From: Deltaproteobacteria bacterium | Lineage (GTDB): Bacteria; Myxococcota_A; UBA9042; DTJE01 | Reading direction: 5' to 3' | NCBI GenBank assembly: GCA_029547805.1 | Contig: JAKPOP010000010.1 | Location: 209,675-273,674, forward strand | Length of the DNA stretch: 64,000 nucleotides | The notes under the pieces: generated by a model | Seen by the model: only the letters and a program-made list of their open reading frames with translations | What the model was told of the DNA's origin: nothing | Databases searched by the model: none | Position numbers and translations under genes: made by a program | In this document: positions 13,829 through 21,420 of the stretch, one piece after another | Layout of the letters: every line of letters starts with the position of its first letter | Position numbering within the stretch: position 1 is the first letter of the stretch

Positions 13829-14404
13829 CTACTCGGTCTCGTTGTCCACGAAGAACGCCGAGGAGCCGACCTGGGAGCACTCCGCGTAGATGGCCTTGGG
13901 GTCACCGAAGATCAGCCGCTGGAAGGTCGACATCGTGGTGTCGCAGTCCAGGTCGGCGTGAGCGTTCGCGGTGGCCTTCGCCTGATCCAGCGTGGAGTTG
14001 TTGCTGTCGAAGGAGTAGACGAAGTACACCTCGTCCGAGATCTGGAACGACAGGGCCGCCCAGGTCTTCGTGTTCCAGGCGTCGCTGTTCGAGTCGCAGC
14101 GGTTGTCGGCGTTGGTGTCCAGCGCGGTGTCGCAGCAGGACGCGCCGGGGGTGACGCCCTGGTCGGTCGGGAACTGGCAGTAGATCTTGGAGCCGGTGGC
14201 GGCGATGTGGGGCGCCGTGTAGTAGTACGCAGCGCCCTTGTAGATCTTGTCCAGCTCGTCGATGGCCTCGGTCGTCTTCGCGCGCCGCATGTACTTGATG
14301 AAGGCGGGGACGGCGATGACCGCCAGGATGCCGAGGATGGCCACGACGACCATCAACTCGACCAGCGTGAAGCCCTTGACGTTCAGTTTCCGGAACTTGT
14401 TCAT
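13829..14404 (-). CDS. pilA: Type IVa major pilin (Myxococcota-type)
   Basis: Class III signal KG|FTLVELMVVVAILGILAVIAVPAF, KTTEA, ADLDCD; strong RBS AAGGAGG; sigma-54 promoter and its own terminator. Confidence 0.93.
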   Translation of the reverse strand: MNKFRKLNVKGFTLVELMVVVAILGILAVIAVPAFIKYMRRAKTTEAIDELDKIYKGAAYYYTAPHIAATGSKIYCQFPTDQGVTPGASCCDTALDTNADNRCDSNSDAWNTKTWAALSFQISDEVYFVYSFDSNNSTLDQAKATANAHADLDCDTTMSTFQRLIFGDPKAIYAECSQVGSSAFFVDNETE

Positions 14405-14497
14405 GGAACCCTCCTTTGAGTTGAAAGCCCTGACCCGAACCCCTCGGGTCACTGAACGCCCGCCCTCTCCTGCGGCTCGTTCCGCCCTCCTGACATA

Positions 14498-14513
14498 TGC
14501 AACCGTCATGCCA
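14498..14513 (-). promoter_or_regulatory. Sigma-54 (-24/-12) promoter of pilA
   Basis: - strand TGGCAT-GACGG-TTGCA matches TGGCAC-N5-TTGC(A/T); pilA is RpoN/PilR-dependent in Myxococcus, Geobacter and Pseudomonas. Confidence 0.88.
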
Positions 14514-14568
14514 ACCACAAACAATCATCAAAACGGAGACTTGCGTAAACTTGGGAGGTCCGAGTTTC

Positions 14569-14615
14569 GTGACGAAGGCCCGAAGTTGTCACCATCGAGG
14601 GACAATTTTTGTCAC
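14569..14615. promoter_or_regulatory. Candidate enhancer-binding-protein (PilR-like) sites
   Basis: Palindrome GACAA-TTT-TTGTC (14601-14613) plus repeated TTGTCAC/GTGAC half-sites, 60-100 bp upstream of the sigma-54 promoter in an AT-rich intergenic region. Confidence 0.55.
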
Positions 14616-14785
14616 CCGCCTCGGGGTTGGACTGTCGGGCCACGAACCCCGGCCGTCGACCCGAGGAACAGGGCTCGGCCCCTTCCGGCCGGCGGCGATT
14701 CCCCGATGCCTGCGCAGACTTTCCTCCTCCCTGTTCGCGGGGACCGCCATGGCATAATCGTCGCTCCGGGGGGGGGGAGGCGGTC

Positions 14786-16846
14786 ATGGGACGACCAGGG
14801 GCCTGGTTCGCGGCGATCCTGGTCGCCGTTGCGCTGCGGTTCGCCTCGGGGTGGCCCCTGGTGGCAGGACCGGAGGCCCTGCCCTTTCCCGATGACGCCC
14901 CCTACCACTGGATCCGCCTTGGGGCCCTGGCGGCAGGCCCCGTGGACCTCCAGGCCCCGGACCCCGGGTCGGCCTGGCCCGAGGGGGTCCGGGCACACTG
15001 GCCCTGGGGGTTCGATCTGGCCATGGCGGCACTGATGCGCCTTGCCGGGGCATCGGGGGACGCCCTCTTTCGATTCAGTTCCTGGGCCATTCCGATCCTG
15101 GGGGCGCTGCTGCTGCCCCTGGTCTGGGTGCTGGCCCGGCGCCTGGGCGGTCCGACGGTGGCGGCGATCGCGACGGCGCTGGCTGCCGTGATGCCGTTCC
15201 ACGTGCAGTACTCGATGGTGGGACGGGTGGACCACCACGTCCTGGAGCCCATCTCCCTGGCCGTGGCCGTGTCGGGCCTGCTTCCGGGCACCTCGTGGAT
15301 CGGTGCCGGGCTCTCGGGACTGGTCCAGGGGATCTCCTTCGCCCTCTTTCCGTCAGCCCTCTACCCGGTATTGGTGGTGCTGACCCTCGGAGGCCCCCTC
15401 GCCGCGTTGCGGCGCCCGGGACCGACCTCCCTCTGGGCCATCGTCACCTGGGCCGGTGCCGCAGCCTCCCTGACCGTCTCCCCCTATGCCCAGGACTGGG
15501 CCTTTTTCGCCCCCTCCCGGACCCACCTCGTGCTCACAGGCATCGGAGTCCTTGGAGTCCTGGGAACCGCCGTCGCCAGGCGCCTGTGTCCGGCGATTCC
15601 GCCATGGCGGTTCCCGCCGGCCGCAAGCGAAGACCAGGGAGGGGGAGCCGCCGCGAACCGTGCGCGGCGCGACGAAGGGGACGGAGCGCTTCCCCGCTGG
15701 CGGACGACCCGGGAGGCCATCGCGCTGGGCGTCGGCGTTGCGGCGGCCGGAGTCGCCGGGGCGGCGCTCTGGTGGGCCTTCCCGTCGTGGGTCGATTCCT
15801 TCCGCGAGGGGATCGCCTACCTGGGTGGAAGCGGCTTCGCCCGCCTCTCCTTCGAGGCCCGCCCCCTGCTCAGCGATCCCCTCCGGGCATGGACTCTCCT
15901 GGGGGTTGCCGCCCCTCTGGGTCTGGCGGGGATCTGGAGACTGGCCGGCCCCGCCGATGCCCCCCCGGGGGTCCGGGAGGCCCGGCAGCGGTTCGCCCTG
16001 CTGGCCCTGGCCCTCTCCGGCGGGGCGCTGCTGCAACGTCGGTTCGTGATGGTGGCCGTGCCCCTGCTGGCGCTGGCCATTGCCGAGGGTCTGGTCCTCT
16101 TGGGGTCCTGGGCGGGCGCTCGGCTGACCCGACGCGGCGTCCGACGCTCCCTGGTGGGGCTGCTGCTCGGGTCCGGCCTCGTCGCCATCCTGGTCCAGGA
16201 CGCCCGGCAGGCCCTCGGGCTGAATCCCTGGCAGCCTCGAGACCAGGCCTTTCTCCAGGCGGCTCGGCTGATCTCCCGGAGGGTCCAGGAGACCCCGGAC
16301 CTCCCCCCGATGGGGGCGCTGGCTCCCTGGGGCGCCGGGCACCTGGTCCGGTGGGCCTCGGGGCTCCCGGTGGTCTGCGACAACTTCTTCGGCGCCCCGG
16401 ACCACGACCGGGGGCTCCGGAACTGCCTCGCGTTCCTGCTCGAGACGGACGAGAACAGGGCGATCCAGATGCGGGAACGGCTCCAGGTCCGGTTCGCGTT
16501 GATCGCGCCGCCCCATCCCGAGGAGGTCCGGGTGATGGGCACCCTGATGGGCCTGCCGGAGGGATCGCTGGTGGACGACCGGGACCGGTTCACGGCCCGC
16601 TTCGCCCGGACGACCTGGGTCCGTCTGGGTCGCTTCGCCAGCGGCTCCGCCCCGGGGTCCCGGGGGCCTCTCGGGTCCTCCCTGGTCGGAAACGTTCTCA
16701 TCCGAGACCGCGATCGTGGGGAGGTCCAGGCGGAGGTCGCGGTGCTGGAGTTCGGAAGCGGCCAGCCCGGCTCCGCTGGGGGGCTTTACCCCGAGGTCCC
16801 CTCGGAAGAGAATGCGGCCCGTCGGATGCCCGGAGAAGCCCCGTGA
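14786..16846 (+). CDS. STT3/AglB-like oligosaccharyltransferase (GT-C fold membrane glycosyltransferase)
   Basis: Multi-TM protein with DDAPYH (DxYYH-like), WPWGFD, SMVGRVDHHVLE (DHH), LSFEARPL (TIxE-like), QRRF, and PWGAGH...PVVCDNF at the WWDYG position. Confidence 0.75.
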   Translation: MGRPGAWFAAILVAVALRFASGWPLVAGPEALPFPDDAPYHWIRLGALAAGPVDLQAPDPGSAWPEGVRAHWPWGFDLAMAALMRLAGASGDALFRFSSWAIPILGALLLPLVWVLARRLGGPTVAAIATALAAVMPFHVQYSMVGRVDHHVLEPISLAVAVSGLLPGTSWIGAGLSGLVQGISFALFPSALYPVLVVLTLGGPLAALRRPGPTSLWAIVTWAGAAASLTVSPYAQDWAFFAPSRTHLVLTGIGVLGVLGTAVARRLCPAIPPWRFPPAASEDQGGGAAANRARRDEGDGALPRWRTTREAIALGVGVAAAGVAGAALWWAFPSWVDSFREGIAYLGGSGFARLSFEARPLLSDPLRAWTLLGVAAPLGLAGIWRLAGPADAPPGVREARQRFALLALALSGGALLQRRFVMVAVPLLALAIAEGLVLLGSWAGARLTRRGVRRSLVGLLLGSGLVAILVQDARQALGLNPWQPRDQAFLQAARLISRRVQETPDLPPMGALAPWGAGHLVRWASGLPVVCDNFFGAPDHDRGLRNCLAFLLETDENRAIQMRERLQVRFALIAPPHPEEVRVMGTLMGLPEGSLVDDRDRFTARFARTTWVRLGRFASGSAPGSRGPLGSSLVGNVLIRDRDRGEVQAEVAVLEFGSGQPGSAGGLYPEVPSEENAARRMPGEAP

Positions 16847-18117
16847 AGGTCGCGGTCATCGGAGGCGGTTCCACCTATACGCCGGAGTTGATGGAGGGGC
16901 TCATTCTGCGCCGGGAGGAACTCTCGCTGGACGAGGTGGTGCTCCAGGACATCGACCTGGACCGCCTGGATCCCGTGGCAGGCTTCTGCCGTCGGATGGC
17001 GAGTCACCTGGGAGCGCCGGACCTCCGGGTCCGCGACACGCGGGACCTTCCGGAGGCCCTCTCGGGGGCCTCCTTCGTGGTGGTCCAGGTCCGGGTCGGG
17101 GGACAGAAGGCACGGCACCTGGACGAGACGCTTCCCCTGCGCCATGGCTGCATCGGCCAGGAGACGACGGGGGCCGGCGGCTTCGCCAAGGCGATGCGCA
17201 CCATCCCGGTCCTGCTGGAGATCGCCGAGGCGGTGAAGCGCCATGCCCCGGGGGCCTGGTGGATCAACTTCACGAACCCCTCGGGAATGGTCACCGAGGC
17301 CCTGATGCGCCACGGAGGCGTCCGGACCGTGGGCCTCTGCAACATCCCGATGGAGATGCGGATCCAGGCGGCGGAACTGCTGGGAGCCCCGGTCGAGGAG
17401 GTCCTGCTGGACTACGTGGGCCTGAACCACCTGGGCTTCGTCCGGGGCGTCCGGTGGCACGGGAAGGACCGCCTCCCGGACCTGCTGGCCTCCCTGGCGG
17501 AGTTCCAGGGACCCGCCAACCTCCCGGGCATCGAGATCCCGGGGGACGTGGTGGCCGCCCTCGGGGCCATCCCCTCGGGGTACGTCCGGTACTACTACTG
17601 CACCGAGGAGGTCCTCCAGGAACTGCAACGACAACCCCGGAGCCGGGCCGAGGTGGTAATGGACCTGGAGGAGCGACTGTTGGCCATCTATCGAGATCCG
17701 GCAGAGTTCCGCAAGCCGGACCTCTTGCAGCAGCGGGGCGGGGCATGGTACAGCCGGGTCGCGGTGGACGTGATGGCGGCCCTGCTGTCCCCGGTGCCGA
17801 GCATCCACGTGGTGAACGCCCGGAACGGGGACACGGTGCCGGGTCTGCCGGCGGACGCCACCGTGGAGGTGCCCTGCCGGGTGTCGGCCCACGGGGTGGA
17901 GCCGCTGCCGCTGACGCGGCGGGTCCCCGACGAGATGATGGGGCTGATCGCCCAGGTGAAGGCCTATGAACGCCTGGCGATCGAGGCTGCGGTGACCCGC
18001 TCGCGACGGTGGGCGCTGCTGGCCCTGATGGCCCATCCCCTGGTGCGGACGGCGGAGAAGGCCAGGGGCATCCTGGAGGAGATGACGCGGGCGGGAAGCA
18101 TTCCGCCCCTGTCCTGA
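16843..18117 (+). CDS. Family 4 glycoside hydrolase (6-phospho-beta-glucosidase-like)
   Basis: KVAVIGGGSTYTPEL, GQETTGAGG, INFTNPSG, GLCNIP, GLNHL, RGGAWYS; GTG overlaps the upstream stop. Confidence 0.93.
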   Translation: MKVAVIGGGSTYTPELMEGLILRREELSLDEVVLQDIDLDRLDPVAGFCRRMASHLGAPDLRVRDTRDLPEALSGASFVVVQVRVGGQKARHLDETLPLRHGCIGQETTGAGGFAKAMRTIPVLLEIAEAVKRHAPGAWWINFTNPSGMVTEALMRHGGVRTVGLCNIPMEMRIQAAELLGAPVEEVLLDYVGLNHLGFVRGVRWHGKDRLPDLLASLAEFQGPANLPGIEIPGDVVAALGAIPSGYVRYYYCTEEVLQELQRQPRSRAEVVMDLEERLLAIYRDPAEFRKPDLLQQRGGAWYSRVAVDVMAALLSPVPSIHVVNARNGDTVPGLPADATVEVPCRVSAHGVEPLPLTRRVPDEMMGLIAQVKAYERLAIEAAVTRSRRWALLALMAHPLVRTAEKARGILEEMTRAGSIPPLS

Positions 18118-18189
18118 CGAGGACCTGCCCCGGGCCCCGTCAGGACGGGCCGGGGCCAGCGCCGGGCTTCGAAGAAGGAGGAGTGTCCC

Positions 18190-19443
18190 ATGAGCGAGGA
18201 ACTGGCACTGTTCGGAGGCACCTCGGTTCGCACGACCCCATTCGCCCCCTGGCCGTACTTCGATGACCGGGAACGGACACTGCTGATGCAGGCCCTGGAG
18301 TCCCGCAACTGGGGTGGCTATCCCTTTCCGAGTCCCCTGGCCGAGGACTTCGGGGAGCGGTTCGCGAAGGTCCACGGCGCCCGCCATGCCACCCCGTGCG
18401 CGAACGGGTCCGTCACGATGGAGATCGCGCTGCAGGCCGCAGGCATCCGGGCCGGAGACGAGGTGATCGTCCCGGCCCTGACCTTCATGGCCACCGCGGC
18501 CTGCGCCATCCGGGTCAACGCGGTGCCGGTCTTCGTGGACATCGAGCCGCGGAACTACTGCATGGACCCCGAGGCCGTCGAGGCCGCCATCACCCCGAAG
18601 ACCCGGGCCATCATCCCGGTGCACCTGGGGGCCAGCATCGCCGACATGGACCGGCTGCTGGAGATCGCCCGGCGCCACGACCTGATCGTGATCGAGGACT
18701 GTGCTCATGCCCACGGCGGGCAGTGGCGAGGCCAGGGCGTCGGGTCGATGGGGGACTTCGGGTCCTTCAGCCTCCAGTCGTCGAAACTGATGACCAGCGG
18801 CGAGGGCGGCGTGCTGACCGTCCGGGACGACGAGATGTTTGAGCGGTGCATGTCGCTGATCAACTGCGGGCGCAAGGAGCCTGGATACGACCGGTTCGAG
18901 GGGCAGTTGTTCGGGGCCAACTACCGGATGAGCGAGCTGCAGATCGCCGTGGCGATGGCCCAGCTGGAGCGCCTGGAGGAGGTGACCGAACGGCGGGCCC
19001 GGATGCACGCCCGCTTCAAGGAACTGCTCCATGGGGCGGTCCAGGGGCTCCGGGTGCTCGACACGGACCCCCGGGTCACCCGCCTCCACTGCTACCAGAC
19101 GATCATGCGCTACGACCCCGAGGCCTTCGCCGGCGTCCCCCGGGACCGGGTCCTGGAGGCCCTGGATGCCGAGGGCGTGCACTTCTCCGGCGATTTCTAC
19201 GAGCCGCTCTACCGCATTCCTCTGATGAACGCCACCAGCGACCGGTGGCCCATGCTTCGGGAGCGGTACGGCGATGGAATCCTGGGCCATCCGGAGATCT
19301 GCTGCCCGGTGGCCGAGAAGGCCGCCTACCAGGAGGGGGTCTGGATGCACTACCCCCATCTCTCGGGCACCCAGAAGGACCTGGAGGACATCGTCGAGGC
19401 GATCGCGAAGGTGCAGCGGCTGGCCCATCGGCTTCGCGGCTGA
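18190..19443 (+). CDS. DegT/DnrJ/EryC1/StrS sugar aminotransferase
   Basis: GDEVIVP..TF.ATA, IEDCAHAHG, FSLQSSKLMTSGEGG (PLP lysine), NYRMSE. Confidence 0.93.
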   Translation: MSEELALFGGTSVRTTPFAPWPYFDDRERTLLMQALESRNWGGYPFPSPLAEDFGERFAKVHGARHATPCANGSVTMEIALQAAGIRAGDEVIVPALTFMATAACAIRVNAVPVFVDIEPRNYCMDPEAVEAAITPKTRAIIPVHLGASIADMDRLLEIARRHDLIVIEDCAHAHGGQWRGQGVGSMGDFGSFSLQSSKLMTSGEGGVLTVRDDEMFERCMSLINCGRKEPGYDRFEGQLFGANYRMSELQIAVAMAQLERLEEVTERRARMHARFKELLHGAVQGLRVLDTDPRVTRLHCYQTIMRYDPEAFAGVPRDRVLEALDAEGVHFSGDFYEPLYRIPLMNATSDRWPMLRERYGDGILGHPEICCPVAEKAAYQEGVWMHYPHLSGTQKDLEDIVEAIAKVQRLAHRLRG

Positions 19444-19472
19444 AGAGCCCCAGGACTCGAAAGGAGGCTGCC

Positions 19473-20582
19473 ATGAGCGAGACGTTTGGTGTGGGTCTGG
19501 TGGGTTCGGGGTTCATCAGCCTCACCCACCTCCAGTCCCTGCGCACGATTCCGGGCGTCGAGGTCCGGGCCGTCGCCGACGTGGACCTGGACCGGGGACG
19601 GCTCTTCGCCGAGACCCACGGCATCCCGAAGGCCGTGGCCTCCCACCAGGACCTGCTGGAGGACCCGTCGATCCGGGCCGTCGTGGTGGGTGTGCCGAAC
19701 TGCTTCCATCACGGGATCACGATGGACGCCCTCCGGGCCGGACGGCACGTCATCTGCGAGAAGCCCCTGGCGCTGACGCTGGAGCATGCCGAGGAGATGG
19801 TCCGGACGGCCCGGGAGAAGGGCCTGGTGCTGGGCTATGCCGAGGAGCTGTCGTTCGTGCCGAAGTTCCTCAAGGCCGGGGAACTGATGCGGTCCGGCGG
19901 CATCGGCAAGCCCTACCTGCTGCGGCAGTGCGAGAAGCACGCCGGCCCCTACTCCCCCTGGTTCTGGATCCCCGAGCAGGCCGGCGGGGGCATCCTCATG
20001 GACATGGGATGTCACAGCATCGAGTGCATCCGCTTCCTGCTGGGCAAGCCCCGGGTGGCGTGGGTACAGGCCCACATGGGCACCTACCTCCACCGGGAGA
20101 TCACCGTCGAGGAGGACTTCTGCCTGGTCCTGATGGGCTTCGAGGACGGGACCATCGGGCAGGCCGAGTCCTCCTGGGCCCTGAAGGGGGGCATGGACTC
20201 GACGCTGGAGGTCTTCGGCACCGAGGGGGTCATCCAGGCGGACCTGCTGAAGGGCATGGGGATCCGGGCCTACTCGGAGAAGGGCTTCCCGGAGATGTGG
20301 GAGCCAAACCAGGGCTGGGTCTTCCCGGACTACGAGTGGCTGTGGAACAACGGCTACCCCCAGGAGGACCGGCACTTCATCGAGTGCATGAAGACCGGGC
20401 AGGTCCCAGTGGAGTCCGGGGAGGACGGACTGGCGGTGCTGGAGATCATGCTGGCGGCCTACCACAGCGCCGGGATCGGCCAGAGGGTGCGGCTGCCCTT
20501 CCGGCCCAGGGGCCTGACGGTCCCACCGGTGGACCTGTGGCTCCATCCCCGCCCGGAACTCGGTGCGGGACCGATTCCATGA
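19473..20582 (+). CDS. Gfo/Idh/MocA-family NAD(P)-dependent oxidoreductase
   Basis: GLVGSGFI, HVICEKPLA, GGGILMDMGCH; AAGGAGG RBS. Confidence 0.92.
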   Translation: MSETFGVGLVGSGFISLTHLQSLRTIPGVEVRAVADVDLDRGRLFAETHGIPKAVASHQDLLEDPSIRAVVVGVPNCFHHGITMDALRAGRHVICEKPLALTLEHAEEMVRTAREKGLVLGYAEELSFVPKFLKAGELMRSGGIGKPYLLRQCEKHAGPYSPWFWIPEQAGGGILMDMGCHSIECIRFLLGKPRVAWVQAHMGTYLHREITVEEDFCLVLMGFEDGTIGQAESSWALKGGMDSTLEVFGTEGVIQADLLKGMGIRAYSEKGFPEMWEPNQGWVFPDYEWLWNNGYPQEDRHFIECMKTGQVPVESGEDGLAVLEIMLAAYHSAGIGQRVRLPFRPRGLTVPPVDLWLHPRPELGAGPIP

Positions 20583-20686
20583 GACGGGTGGGGGCCTCCG
20601 GAGGCGGTCCCCGGGGGCCCGACGCGAGGTGCTTCACAAGGCGTGAACCTTGTGCTAGGTTCCCAGCACCTTCCATGCGGGCACGA

Positions 20687-21202
20687 ATGGCTTCCCAGGA
20701 AACCAAGAGCGGAACTCGGCAGGGAAGACGAGGGGTTCGCACGATCGCGGCCCGGCGGCTGTCCAAGGTGGACCTCTCGGACGGCCTTCCTTTCGACCCG
20801 GAGGAACTGGAGCGGTTGCGGCCCCGAGTCCGGTCCGACTGCCTTGACGGTCCGAGGCCCTGTCCCTGGGTGGGGTGCAAGTATCACCTGTACCTGGACA
20901 TCAATCCGCGGACCGGGTCGATCAAACTGAACTTCCCGGACATCGAGCCCTGGGAGATGACCCAGTCCTGTGTCCTTGACATCGCCGACCAGGGCCCTGT
21001 GACGCTGGAGGACGTCGGCCGCATCATGAACCTGACCCGGGAACGCATCCGGCAACTGGAGGTGGCGGCGTCCGAGAAGGTCCGGTCCTCCCGGGTCGCC
21101 CTGGAGTACCGGGAGTTCCACCGGGAGACGCCCCGCACGGTCACCCGCCGCCCTGCTCCGGCCGTGGCGGAAGAGGAGGAAGAGGAGGCCGAGGACCTCT
21201 GA
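20687..21202 (+). CDS. Small protein with Cys/His motif and sigma-70 region-4-like HTH
   Basis: C-x6-C-x4-C-x2-H ([16 protein letters not shown]), then [20 protein letters not shown]; acidic tail. Start codon uncertain. Confidence 0.82.
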   Translation: MASQETKSGTRQGRRGVRTIAARRLSKVDLSDGLPFDPEELERLRPRVRSDCLDGPRPCPWVGCKYHLYLDINPRTGSIKLNFPDIEPWEMTQSCVLDIADQGPVTLEDVGRIMNLTRERIRQLEVAASEKVRSSRVALEYREFHRETPRTVTRRPAPAVAEEEEEEAEDL

Positions 21203-21354
21203 TCCCGGGACCGATGCCCCCGTCCCGCTGCTCTCCGTCCCCCCTCCCCCGCCGGTCTCCAGTCGACCCGTTCCCGGCCCAAGGATGTCCGGTTCCGTCC
21301 TCCCGGAAGGGTCCGGCCAGCGAGGAATTGCGTCCCGAGCGCAGCGGCGCGGCC

Positions 21355-21383
21355 TTGAAAGGGTGGGTCCGCTCCTCTACACT
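21355..21383 (+). promoter_or_regulatory. Sigma-70-type promoter of the large lipoprotein gene
   Basis: TTGAAA-17 bp-TACACT. Confidence 0.6.
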
Positions 21384-21420
21384 GTCCGCGGTGTCTGCTT
21401 CCGTGGCTGGGAGGTGGCAA

